Below, piece by piece: positions 1 to 11,515 of a stretch of DNA of 59,632 nt (position 1 is the stretch's first letter; the number at the start of each line of letters is the position of its first letter). The position numbers were made by a program, and so were the translations under genes. Origin of the DNA: Basidiobolus meristosporus CBS 931.73 (taxonomy: Eukaryota > Fungi > Basidiobolomycota); NCBI GenBank assembly GCA_002104905.1, contig MCFE01000548.1, positions 1-59,632 on the forward strand, in the 5' to 3' direction. The notes below the pieces were generated by a model. It was not told where the DNA came from and searched no databases. It saw nothing but the letters and a program-made list of their open reading frames with translations.

Positions 1-1374
1 GCTTTCGCCAGCAAACGCATCATGAAAGGTGGATTCTACACTTTGCGACTTGGCCTTGTGAGAAGTCGGCTTGATGAGCGGTTCGGTTATAGTTTGGATC
101 TCAGCTTTATGAGTGACACCGCTTGATAACTTTGGTGCCGCTTGAGGTACATAATCATTCGACTTCTCTGGTATATGGATACTTGCTTCCTTGCTGTTCT
201 CAGGCTCTCGTTGACGCTTTTTGGTAGGCACTGGCTGAAGCTCAGGACTCACTCTGGGCTCATCCCTCTTTTCGATCGGTGAAGTATTAGTATAGTGGGG
301 AGCCACGCGAGAGTCAGAATTACTCTTTGAGTCCTGAGATTTCTCGTCTTGATTCGCCTTGGGCACTTTGATTTCGAATGGCTTTGATGCAACAGTGTGC
401 CTAACAAGCCTCTTGGGACGTGTTGGTTTGTGTTTAGGGATTGCTGAACCTTGATCAGCGCCTAAGGTTTGCTCCGCAGGTTCATGGGATAATCTAGTCT
501 TCGTCTCAATGTCGTTAGAGCTTGGCACTCTAATAGGCTCTTTAGCCCTGGAATGAGACGCTTCTCCGGATTTAACTGAAGACTTGCTTGACTTGGTGAA
601 ATCATTGGTCAGTGAGGATTTTTTGGTCTGTTGTTCAACCGCCAGCTTGCTGGTTATTGAGCTCTTCTTTGCCGCGGAACTGTCAAAAGTAAAGACGAAA
701 CTATCGTTCATGTCGGTGTCCTGTGTGATCCCGGTTTTCCCAATACCCATGGAGGTGTCATCTTCACTCTCTTCTTCGGATTTCACTCTTTTGGTGTACT
801 CGGATACTTTCTTTGCTTTTCCCAAACGTTGTGTATCGGATTTGGCGCGAGTGCTAGGAACCTCTTTTGTGTAGGAGATATTTGATAGAACCTTTTTGGT
901 GAAGGTTGAGGGGGCAAAAGTCAATTCATCAAGAAGATCGCTTCTATCTTGGTCCACTGAATCCTCAGCCTCGTCAACGGGAATGTCAGAATCTGACAAC
1001 TCCACGTCCGATATCTCCCTGCAATGAAAATAAATATTCAGACACGTGATAATATCGAGTATTGTGTATCACTTGTGATTACTCTTTTTGCTTTTCTAAA
1101 AACGCAGCACGTAAATCGGCAACTAGTTCGGCGTTCTAATATATTCAGGCAAAAGGTCAACTATTGAAACGAAGCAAGTCTACGCCTATGTACATACCTT
1201 CCTGGTCAAACCTTTAATATTGTGTTTCTGTAATAAAGATGATACCAAAGTTTAATAAAGGCCTGAAGGGAGAACTTGAAACTACATATGACAACTAACC
1301 CGACATAAGGCCTGGAGCTCAGAGCGCTTTAGCCTGTCTAAATCTCTTGGGCTTATCGAAGTGCGTTTGCGCAT
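1..1374 (-). CDS. Partial gene (runs off left edge): N-terminal SAP-like helical motif followed by a long S/K/E/D-rich low-complexity region
   Basis: Not in the ORF track. Spliced exons 1374-1300, 1227-1198, 1135-1083, 1018-<1 (three GT-AG introns, frame kept) give MRKRTSISPRDLDRLKRSELQALCRKHNIKGLTRKNAELVADLRAAFLEKQKEE...; last exon has no stop down to base 1. Confidence 0.75.
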
Positions 1375-1902
1375 CGTATTGGGAATATGAATATTCTTGA
1401 CTTGGATAAAGTTAGGATAGATACAGTGTCAAAGCAATAACCTGTTGCTTTTTAGAATGTGTGGATTTTTGGTAGGGGGTATGTCAAGTGAAATAGAGAG
1501 CCTCAACTAATGTATGTAAATCCAAATATTGAGTCTGGAAAATCAAACATAAAGCTGGACTACTGTAAACAAAAACAATAGGGTTCCTGCACTTTGCGAT
1601 TAAATCCTATATACACATTGACACCAAAAGCCAATCAAGGACCCCGTCCCCCTAGTTCCTTATGATGCGTGCTCAATTTATTCGCGGTTTCTATGCGACA
1701 ATTGCACCATTGATATCATGAGATTAAGTGCACTGCTATATTTAAGCCATGATGTCAGGTGGACAGGGATTTACGTGTTGTAGAGAAAAGCCACTATTAC
1801 CTCGAATTCTCAGTGGTCCAAAATTTCCATTAATGTTGGTTTTATGGCTACCAGAAGTCCAAGCTATTGATTAAATCTCTCTTCACTATCGTCACCGATA
1901 TA

Positions 1903-2604
1903 ATGAGTCTAAGTCCGAATGCCACTTCCCCGGAGCCTCGTCAAGAGACTTCGAGCGGTCACGGCTATCAGCCAATAAACAACCATCCCTATGTGGGTTC
2001 ATCTTACCAACAAGACTTTGACGCCCCTGAGATAGCGTCTCGAACCATGACAGAACGAATGGAAGAAGGCGGTGCGAATGTGAATCGTTTCGAGACATCT
2101 GTTAATCTTCGCATAGACATAGAAGCGGCCTTGACTTACGTGTTATTTTGCTTCAGTGGTCCGTAACCCTCTGGTACACGATTTGCATCTCGACTAATAC
2201 CCCTCTTTATATAACAGGGGTGATTTTCCTGATTGTGGAGCAAAAGAACGATTACGTACGCTTTCACGCCTGGCAATCTAGCTTCACGTTTGGTGTTTTC
2301 TTTGTTAGTGATAATTTTTCGGCCTCTGCACAAAGCACCACGCTAACCCGTTGGACCGATAGGTGGTTCAATTCGTAATAGGCTTTATCTCCACCGTCTT
2401 ATGGTGGATACTTTTGGTGCTAGAAATTGGACTTGCAGGCTTTTTGGCGTAAGAACCCACCCACTACTAAATATATATTCCCAATTACATTATGGACTAA
2501 GATTGTCTTTCAGGTACCGAGCCTATGTCGATAGTGCCACGCTTGAACGCTATTTATTGCCATTCTTTGGTGACCATGCATCCCAATGGGTTGATAACGA
2601 ATAA
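1903..2604 (+). CDS. Conserved fungal small membrane protein (UPF0132/DUF4870-like), multi-exon
   Basis: Segments FETSVNLRIDIEAALTYVL, GVIFLIVEQKNDYVRFHAWQSS and DSATLERYLLPFFGDHASQWVDNE* lie in successive ORF pieces; exact splice sites not all resolved. Confidence 0.75.
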
Positions 2605-4062
2605 TTTCATCGATTTTTTAAGATACGTTTGGTCCATCATCCATCCCAAACCTTTCAGCAATATTATTTGCGTTGAAATTTTCGCGAATTATGGAAATCA
2701 TAATATTAGGATTGGTGATCTATTTCGGTGAATTTATGCATGCAATTCTTGATAGAAAACCCAACCCAAAAAAACCCAGTAAATACCAGATAAACTATAT
2801 CCATGATATATTAGTAGCCAAATTTGCTTTCAATATCAGGGGTATCTTGTGCCGATGATTACAATAAGTCTCTGTACTTTCAAACAAAGTCAACGCGCGT
2901 GTTGATGTTTACTACAGAGAAACAGCTCACCACTATTTAGGTATACAACTGTACCAATAGATAATTAAGCTAAAAACTCTCCGATAGCGCCCTAACAACA
3001 AGCATACAGTAAATACAGATATCGCAAGAACATCATTGGGTTACTATACTAGGACACAAGTGTATCTTTAGATCTCTGCGAAGTCAGCGGCAACCGGTAA
3101 ACCCCGTACGAGAAAAGGCCAAGCGGTAGTCACAGAAACACGCACTTATCATTATGTCATTTTAAACATTAAGCTGGCTGCACTAAGGTCGAAAACCTCA
3201 AAGAAATAAATCCATCCGATATTCAAAATTACCTTCCAATGGGCACCACCGATCCTTATGAATCTAGAAGTATGTAATCTTTCCACGCCTTCCACGAAGA
3301 AACCGCATGTCCTCATCTTGGAACTGTTTGCTTTTATTTGGAACTATTCATGGGTGATGGAGTCGTAGGGTGACTAAATATAGGACATATATGTTAAATT
3401 CTACCAGGCGATTGAAAAAAGAAGATTAGTTGGTGATCCTAAATCAAGTTACTCTACTCCAATGCAACATAGAGTGTTCTTCATGTAAAGAGGATTCCTA
3501 AGGAAAGTGCCAGGGTACGTGTCTTAGAACACCACACGGTAACGAAATTGACGGATTTCTCACTTTCCATTTTAGGGAATTACAAGAATGAGCAGACATA
3601 TCGAATCGAGCCGATCTATTTTTAACCTGGTTATTCGTGGAAAGATACATAGGCAGTTCGGTGCAGTAACCAGAGCCATATATGTTTCAGGGAGAGCTGA
3701 ATAAGTTGCGATAAACTTTATTTGACAAGATGGATTTCCAAAATTCTTTACGAACCATGTTTTTATCATCGTGTTGGTGGACGCAACTTTTGTTATTAAT
3801 AAGAGGGCATGAAGTCGTTCATTGGTGGCAGTGGTGTTGTTTTCATTCAGCTCAATCTGGATAAAAGAATTAATCCCGTTTTTCTTTCTTGATATTTAAG
3901 ATCAAGGCTGGACTTGGATAGTTCACTTACTGAAGCTTCATTCATCTCTCGCCTGTTTCATAGTCCCCCTCACACTTCCTTTAGAGTATTCCCACACGGG
4001 AATAGCAAATTCCGCATTTCTTACTAATTTTCTTCATATAGTCTCCTTATTCTTTCACTAAC

Positions 4063-7000
4063 ATGGCTCAGGAATCTAATAGAGCCATACCCGCTTCCCC
4101 TCAGTCGAGTGGCAATGATAATAGCTTCGTTGAGTTGGAGCATCTCGAGCGCTCCAACCCACACAGCTACTTCACCAGGATGAACTCCCATAATTTTTAC
4201 AGACAACCAACCCAACCAAATCCTCAACCTACCAACGGCCCACCATCCCACACTTTTTCGGATTTCAGTGCTGATCTAACTGAGAGCGAAGCTGCTTACC
4301 CAACCCGGTACAATGTTGACTCCGAGAGTGACTCAACATACAGCGACAGCATCCATGGCCCAACTTCCCAACAAAGATCGCCTTACATGACGCCGGGCGT
4401 TGACATGAATAATCTGTTCGCATCGATGATGCAAGGCCATTTTGAAAATAGCCGCTATGCCAATTTTGCCACATCCACCGAATCCCTGGTTGCTTTGCTG
4501 GAAAACAAGAACGGTGCTAACAGCAGTACTTCTTCACGTAGCAACTCCTGGGTCTCCAACAGCTACCCCCCAGTGATGGACAATAATGGGCAGCCTCTTA
4601 GTCATATATCCAAGAAAGAAAATCCCTGGCCAACTTGGAAGGACAGCGAGGTTCCGATCACCAGGGTGGAGATTGCTGATATATTCGAGGATTTACAGAG
4701 GCGTTTCGGCTTTCAAAAGGACAATATGCGCAACATGTATGACGCGTTCATGACCATGCTTGACTCCAGAGCATCAAGAATGTCCACTTCCCAGGCCTTG
4801 GTTACCCTTCATGCCGATTATATCGGCGGGGAGAACGCCAATTATAAGAAGTGGTTCTTTTGCGCTCATCTTGACAAAGATGATCCCGAATACTTCCAAG
4901 CGAGAGGTGCCACCCGCAATAACCTCCCGACCGACAAAGATATTGAATCCCAGGATTCTCCCGAGACAGCCCAGTCACTTTGGTTCAACCGTATGGCTCA
5001 AATGTCGCCATACGATAGAGTTCGGCAGGTGGCCCTTTATCTCATGATTTGGGGTGAGGCATGTATCATTCGGTTTACTCCCGAGGTTCTTTGCTTTGTC
5101 TTCAAGCTTGCATGGGATTACTACACTAGCCCTGAATGTCAAGCTTCACTTGAGCCTGCAGTTGAGGGGGAATATCTGGAGAACGTTATTCGGCCACTGT
5201 ACAATTTCATCCGTGACCAGCAATATGAGGTTGCCGATGGAAAGTATGTGCGCAAGGAGAAAGACCACCATGAAATCATAGGATACGACGATGTGAACGA
5301 GCTGTTTTGGTCTCCTAAAGGGTTGGAGAGAATCATTTTGCAAGACCGTGCGACGAAGCTTATGGAATACCATCATTCCAAGAGATACCACAAGCTTGCC
5401 CAGGTTCATTGGGAGTCTGCTTTCCAGAAAACATATAAGGAACGGCGATCATGGCTTCATATCGCTCTCAACTTCTCTAGAATATGGATTCTCCATATTA
5501 TCGGGTTTTACTACTACACCGCAGCAAACGCAACCTATTTCTACACCTTGGAATCCGAGGCCTTTACCCCTCTACCCGCCCAACTCACTGTGTTGGGACT
5601 TGCTGGCGCGTTATCTTCTTTGATCATGATGTTTTGCACTTTCCTTGAATTCGCGTTCTTGCCCACTTCTTGGGTCAACTCGAACATTCTTATGAAGCGT
5701 TTGGTGTATCTTTTGGTAGGCGTGTGCATCAACATCGGCCCGGCAATATACGTTCTTGGCTTCGATCGTGACTCTCAGGTAGCTCTGATTGTTGCTAGCG
5801 TGCATCTCGCCGTCTCCGTTGTTACCTCGCTTGTGTTCATCTTTGTCCCAAGCGGCAAGCTGTTCAGACTTTTGAGCAAGAACACCACCGGCACATCGAA
5901 AAACCTTACCAATCGGACATTTACCAGCAATTTCCCTTCAATTCCTAAACGTGATCGCCTAGTATCGTTCGCTCTATGGATCTGCATTTTCTCATGCAAA
6001 TTCGCCGAAAGTTACTTTTTCCTGGCTCTTTCCTTCAAGGATTCTCTCGAGTCGACGTACAACGCTCGCAATCAATGCAGTGGTACTAACGTCACTGCTC
6101 TGTGCTACATCATGGTGTATGTAAGTATGATCCTTATGATATTGCTCGATCTGCTTCTATTCTTCCTGGATACCTACCTGTGGTATACCGTGTGGAGCAC
6201 TGCATTCAGTGTAGTACATTCATTCTATCTTGGTGATTCGTTCTGGTCCAGCTGGAGAAACGTTTTTGGTCGTATCTCAAGCCACATTTTCACTCAACTG
6301 CTAGCTACTAATGCTATGGATGTGAAGTATAAGCCCAAGATCCTGTGCTCGCAAATTTGGAATGCGTTTGTGATTTCGATGTATCGTGATCATCTGCTTT
6401 CACTTGATCACCTGCAAGCGCTTCTGTACCAACAGATACCTGGTGAGGAAGGCCGCCCATCACTACAAACACCAGCACTCTTGGACCCCAAGCTACCCCT
6501 GAACGACTGCTTCCCCAGTGGAAGTGAAGCTGAGCGTCGCATGACGTTTTTCGCTCAGAGTCTATCCATGCCCATGCCCAAGCCTGTTTCGGTGGATCGT
6601 ATGCCCACCTTCACAGTCTTCACCCCCCATTACGCAGAGAAAATCCTCCTGTCGCTTAGAGAGATTATTCGCGAAGACGATCAGTATACGCATGTCACCT
6701 TGTTGGAATATCTGAAGAAGCTTCACCCTCTTGAATGGGACAACTTTGTCAAGGATACCAAGATACTGGCCGATGAAAATGCCATGTTCCTAAACAACAG
6801 TGATCCACTGCTGTCGGAAGCATCCAAATCAGAAACCAAGGGCCCTACAGACGATCTACCATTCTACTGCATCGGGTTCAAGTCAGCCTCGCCCGAGTTC
6901 ACCCTGAGAACCAGAATCTGGGCCTCGCTCCGGTCTCAAACCCTGTATCGTACCATCTCCGGATTCATGAACTATTCGAAGGCGCTTAAACTTTTGTATC

Positions 7001-9561
7001 AGGTGGAGAATCCGGAAATGGCCCAGCAATTTGGTGGGTTCAATGAGGGATTGGATCAAGCCATTGAACAAATGGCCCGCAGAAAGTTCAAATTCGTGGT
7101 GTCCATGCAGCGATTCACCAAATTCTCGAAGGAAGAAAGGGAGAATGTCGATTTCCTATTCAACTCCTATCCAGAATTGCAGGTTGCCTATTTGGATGAG
7201 GTGCCGTCTCGAGTGCAGGGTGAACCTCCCCGTGTTTATAGTTGCTTGATTGACGGATATTGTGAACTTGGCCCTGACGGAAAACGTAAGCCCAGATACC
7301 GGATCCTTCTTCCTGGCAATCCTATCCTTGGTGATGGCAAGTCCGACAACCAGAATCACTCCATCATCTTCACCAGAGGTGAGTACCTTCAGCTCATCGA
7401 TGCCAACCAGGACAACTATCTCGAGGAAGCCCTGAAGATCCGAAATGTTCTTGGAGAGTTTGAGCAGTTTGACGGGACCAACCTTGACCCATATGCACCA
7501 CAGACTGGCCCATCAAAGCCACCAGTTGCCATCGTCGGGGCGCGCGAGTACATCTTCTCGGAGAACATCGGAGTGCTGGGAGATGTAGCGGCAGGGAAGG
7601 AGCAGATCTGGGGTACGGTCACTGGGCGCATCATGGCCAAGGTCGGGGGCAAGCTTCATTACGGACATCCGGATTTCCTGAACTCGATCTTCATGACCAC
7701 CCGAGGAGGAGTGAGCAAGGCCCAGAAGGGACTTCACCTCAACGAGGATATCTATGCTGGTATGAACGCGTTCGAGCGAGGTGGAAGAATCAAGCATACC
7801 GAGTATTTCCAGTGCGGCAAAGGACGTGATCTTGGCTTCTGCAGTGTTTTGAATTTTGTCACCAAGATTGGAACTGGTATGGGAGAGCAAATGCTATCTC
7901 GAGAGCAATACTATATCGGAACACAACTACCATTGGATCGATTCTTGACCTTCTACTATGCCCATCCTGGATTCCACGTAAACAACATCATGGTTATGGC
8001 CACAGTACAGCTCTTCCTTCTCACTCTGACATTTGTGTCAACTATGGCTCAGCTCATGGTGACTTGCGACTACGACAACTTCAATGGAATTCTCCAGCCC
8101 ACAAATTGTTACAATTATTCGCCAGTTATTCAGTGGATTCAGAGAACAGTGATCGCCATCGTGATGATGTTCCTAGTCAACTTTGTTCCGTTGTTCTTGC
8201 AAGTTCTCTCTGAGCAAGGTTTCTTGCGCAGTATCTCACGCCTTGGCAAGCAGTTCTTCTCCCTCTCGCCTTTCTTCGAGGTGTTTGTGACACAGATCTA
8301 TGCCAACAGCATTGTCTCCAACCTGAGCTTCGGCGGGGCTAGATACATCGGTACAGGGCGTGGCTTTGCCACCAGCCGTATACCGTTCTCGATCCTGTAT
8401 GCTCGGTTCGCCAACTCCAGCATCTACTTTGGAATGCGTGTTTTCTTGCTGTTGCTCTTCTTGACTTTGTCGATGTGGATGCCACACTATATTTACTTCT
8501 GGTACACGGTAATTGCCCTTACCATTTCGCCGTTCTTCTTTAACCCGCACCAGTTTGGCTTCACGGACTTCATACTGGATTACCGCGAGTACCTTCGCTG
8601 GCTCTCTTCAGGCAACTCATCATCCGACAACAATTCGTGGATCTCTCACTGTCGCTTGGCCAGAACTCGGATCACTGGTTACAAGCGCAAGAGGCTTGGA
8701 GACTCTAGACGCAGACTCGGCGGAGGAGTTCCAAGAGCCCGCTTCTCGGCCATCTTCATGATTGAATTACTATTGCCAGTTCTCATGGCGGCTATGCTTT
8801 CCGTAGCTTTCACGTTCGTCTCCACCACCCACAAGGGACCCACTTATGCTCTCGCACGTATTGCCATTATTGCCCTTGCTCCACTTGCCTTCAACGCCGC
8901 AGTGTTGATCGTCCTTTTCGTTATATCGATCTTCGTCGGGCCAATCGTCGGGGCATTCTACGCACATTTCGGATCTATCATGGCAACATTCGGACATTTC
9001 TTGGCGGTTCTGATCTTCAGTGCCGACTTTGTGTTTGCCTGGTGGCTTGAACAGTGGCTGCTTTCCAATGCGATTCTGGCGATGATCACCACATGCTTTG
9101 TTCACCGCGCAATCTTCCGAGTTCTCATGGCTTCCTTCCTTACCAGAGAGTTTGGACAAGACGAAACGAACATCGCTTGGTGGAGCGGAAAGTGGTACGG
9201 CCGCGGACTCGGATGGATGGCCTTCTCACAGCCGCTGCGTGAGTTTGTCTGCAAGATCATCGAGATGACATACTTCGCCACTGATTTTGTCATTGGTCAT
9301 AGTATTCTCTTTGTTTTGTTCCCATTCTGCCTGATCCCTGGCATGGATAAGCTTCACTCGATGACGCTGTTCTGGTTGCGTCCCAGTCGTCAGATCAGAC
9401 CACCTATCTACTCGCTCAAACAAAGACGTGAGCGTCGCTTCGGAGTCATTGTCTACACCTTCATCTTTATCATTATGTTCGCATTCTTCTTTGGAGTCTA
9501 CATCGCACCCCTCTTCTACTCCAAATACTTCCCTTACAAAACTCATAATCTTCCCTTTTAA
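4063..9561 (+). CDS. FKS1: 1,3-beta-glucan synthase catalytic subunit (GT48), copy A, intronless, 1832 aa
   Basis: Motifs LLSLREIIRE, LRTRIWASLRSQTLYRT, NPILGDGKSDNQNH, IDANQDNYLEEALKIR, KLHYGHPDF, LHLNEDIYAG, YFQCGKGRDLGF; many TM helices. Confidence 0.98.
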   Translation: MAQESNRAIPASPQSSGNDNSFVELEHLERSNPHSYFTRMNSHNFYRQPTQPNPQPTNGPPSHTFSDFSADLTESEAAYPTRYNVDSESDSTYSDSIHGPTSQQRSPYMTPGVDMNNLFASMMQGHFENSRYANFATSTESLVALLENKNGANSSTSSRSNSWVSNSYPPVMDNNGQPLSHISKKENPWPTWKDSEVPITRVEIADIFEDLQRRFGFQKDNMRNMYDAFMTMLDSRASRMSTSQALVTLHADYIGGENANYKKWFFCAHLDKDDPEYFQARGATRNNLPTDKDIESQDSPETAQSLWFNRMAQMSPYDRVRQVALYLMIWGEACIIRFTPEVLCFVFKLAWDYYTSPECQASLEPAVEGEYLENVIRPLYNFIRDQQYEVADGKYVRKEKDHHEIIGYDDVNELFWSPKGLERIILQDRATKLMEYHHSKRYHKLAQVHWESAFQKTYKERRSWLHIALNFSRIWILHIIGFYYYTAANATYFYTLESEAFTPLPAQLTVLGLAGALSSLIMMFCTFLEFAFLPTSWVNSNILMKRLVYLLVGVCINIGPAIYVLGFDRDSQVALIVASVHLAVSVVTSLVFIFVPSGKLFRLLSKNTTGTSKNLTNRTFTSNFPSIPKRDRLVSFALWICIFSCKFAESYFFLALSFKDSLESTYNARNQCSGTNVTALCYIMVYVSMILMILLDLLLFFLDTYLWYTVWSTAFSVVHSFYLGDSFWSSWRNVFGRISSHIFTQLLATNAMDVKYKPKILCSQIWNAFVISMYRDHLLSLDHLQALLYQQIPGEEGRPSLQTPALLDPKLPLNDCFPSGSEAERRMTFFAQSLSMPMPKPVSVDRMPTFTVFTPHYAEKILLSLREIIREDDQYTHVTLLEYLKKLHPLEWDNFVKDTKILADENAMFLNNSDPLLSEASKSETKGPTDDLPFYCIGFKSASPEFTLRTRIWASLRSQTLYRTISGFMNYSKALKLLYQVENPEMAQQFGGFNEGLDQAIEQMARRKFKFVVSMQRFTKFSKEERENVDFLFNSYPELQVAYLDEVPSRVQGEPPRVYSCLIDGYCELGPDGKRKPRYRILLPGNPILGDGKSDNQNHSIIFTRGEYLQLIDANQDNYLEEALKIRNVLGEFEQFDGTNLDPYAPQTGPSKPPVAIVGAREYIFSENIGVLGDVAAGKEQIWGTVTGRIMAKVGGKLHYGHPDFLNSIFMTTRGGVSKAQKGLHLNEDIYAGMNAFERGGRIKHTEYFQCGKGRDLGFCSVLNFVTKIGTGMGEQMLSREQYYIGTQLPLDRFLTFYYAHPGFHVNNIMVMATVQLFLLTLTFVSTMAQLMVTCDYDNFNGILQPTNCYNYSPVIQWIQRTVIAIVMMFLVNFVPLFLQVLSEQGFLRSISRLGKQFFSLSPFFEVFVTQIYANSIVSNLSFGGARYIGTGRGFATSRIPFSILYARFANSSIYFGMRVFLLLLFLTLSMWMPHYIYFWYTVIALTISPFFFNPHQFGFTDFILDYREYLRWLSSGNSSSDNNSWISHCRLARTRITGYKRKRLGDSRRRLGGGVPRARFSAIFMIELLLPVLMAAMLSVAFTFVSTTHKGPTYALARIAIIALAPLAFNAAVLIVLFVISIFVGPIVGAFYAHFGSIMATFGHFLAVLIFSADFVFAWWLEQWLLSNAILAMITTCFVHRAIFRVLMASFLTREFGQDETNIAWWSGKWYGRGLGWMAFSQPLREFVCKIIEMTYFATDFVIGHSILFVLFPFCLIPGMDKLHSMTLFWLRPSRQIRPPIYSLKQRRERRFGVIVYTFIFIIMFAFFFGVYIAPLFYSKYFPYKTHNLPF

Positions 9562-10061
9562 TGTACAGTAGTAGCGTATATCCCATTCAGTAGATAAAAT
9601 AAATCTTTTCCCAATCTGGACGTATAGCGGTTTCTGGTTCGCATGGTTCCACTGAACTCACCTTATCCAACTCTATTTATCCATAGCTGTGCACTAATCA
9701 AAGGCCAGGCGAGTGCGGACTCCATCTATATTTAACTATTGGTACCAACTAGCACGGACACCCAAATAGGTGGCAAGCGTGTTGTTTGGTAATCCAAAGA
9801 TCCAGATCCTTTGAGGAGATGGCTGTGTTCCATTGGATATGGGTGGAATGAGTCAGAAGGGTCGATTGTGCTATTATTGGCTCGATAGGGGCAGAGATAA
9901 CCCTCTTTTGAACGAATCAGAGCTTGTTTCAATGGGCTGCTTAGGATCGCAGCGGGGTAGGTGAGAAATATGAGTCTCGAGGCAGGGTCGACCATCACCC
10001 AAGTTGCTCCATTCAGCTTCTTCCCTAGTCACTAATAGTCTAGCATAAACGCGGTATATCC

Positions 10062-10979
10062 ATGAGTTCCGATAGCCTTGGGTCACTTTCCATACCAACA
10101 ATAACCGCCTCCCCAGGCACAAACTCACTCTCTGTTGGAGATGCTCAGGGAACACCGAGTAGAGATTTGTGGACACGTGAGGAGACCCTTACTTTAATTC
10201 ACAGTTGGCGTTCTTTCACGAGCGAGAATATCAAGGGGAAATATTCCAAAGTCGCCGAAATCTTAAGACAAAAAGGATACAACAGAACCGCTCGCCAATG
10301 CGAGGATCGCTGGAAAACCCTACTCAAAAGATACAAGGTAAGCTGACCTTTCTCACCCGCGACAACTCAGGTCGTGTTAGCTCATTGGCTGTTGAATTAC
10401 TAGAGATTTATACGTTACAAAGCCCAAGGTGGAGGCGGCCAGTTCTTTCCTTTTGAGAAAGAGATGGAACAAGCAATCGAGGAGCGAACTACTATTCACA
10501 CACCTACCATTTTGGGGCAAAGCGCAGGTGCAGATTCCATGAGCATTTTCATGTCACAACAACCTACTCTTGCCACTGCCCCCTCACACAAACATGAAGG
10601 GCTGGTGGCTAATGCAGTCCCCAACCTGATGATGTCAGATGTTCACTCTTTTGTGAGCCCTTCATGTAACGGTGGACGCCACTCTTCCGAGGATGCTAAA
10701 GATGATGATGATCCGGAAGAGGATGTCGGTAATTATAGGTATCAGAATGCTTTCCAACAGGATGTTGTTGACTCTCTAAGGTCTATTGAGAAACTTCAAC
10801 GCGATTCACATCAACTACAATTCAAAATGATTGAAGAGAATCGACGAGGGATGGAGGTTCAATACTCAGATCTCACCGAAAGGTGGAACCGTATGGAGGA
10901 GAGACAGGGGCAGCTTATAGCTATTTTGGCACATCTTGCTGGCGCACCCCACCTTGCTCAACTCTCCAAACCTCAATGA
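10062..10979 (+). CDS. Trihelix / Myb-SANT (GT-1-like) DNA-binding protein with C-terminal coiled coil
   Basis: WTREETLTLI...YSKVAEILRQKGYNRTARQCEDRWKTLLKRYK; intron 10338-10403 (GTAAGC...TAG) joins in frame to RFIRYKAQGGGGQFFPFEKEMEQ. Confidence 0.85.
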
Positions 10980-11515
10980 TGTACCAGTAGCCTAACCTTT
11001 GCTATATATGTCATCTACCTTATTCCTGTAAAGTATCAGCATTTCGCTTAACCCGAGTCTATAGTAATTGCATCAAGCAGATATTCGTTCACCCACTCTG
11101 CCATTGTTCCCATTTTCACTCACTCTCACTCCCACTCTTCACTCCCTTCACTTTAATATTCCATTTTCCTACTCTACGAGCCGCATCTAGTAATAAACTC
11201 TTGTGAATAGACGAGCAATCTCTGTCAAAGCCATTGGCCATCCCCGGATACGGGTAGTTCTCTACTGCACTGCGAGTATTTATTTGATGCAATGATGGTC
11301 AAAACGGGAGATAGAGATCAACCATACGGGAATGAGTGGTGGAATATACCAAACAGTTAATAAATAGCCGATGGCTTGTTCGAGGAGTAAGGGCAAAGAT
11401 GAGGCATGTATGATAAATGGGGGGGGGTGATTGTTGCAAATGCCAGGCTGCTTTGGCTGATCCGTGGAATGGTACAAGAATAGTTACAAGTAAAGGACGC
11501 TAAATCGAGTGGCTG

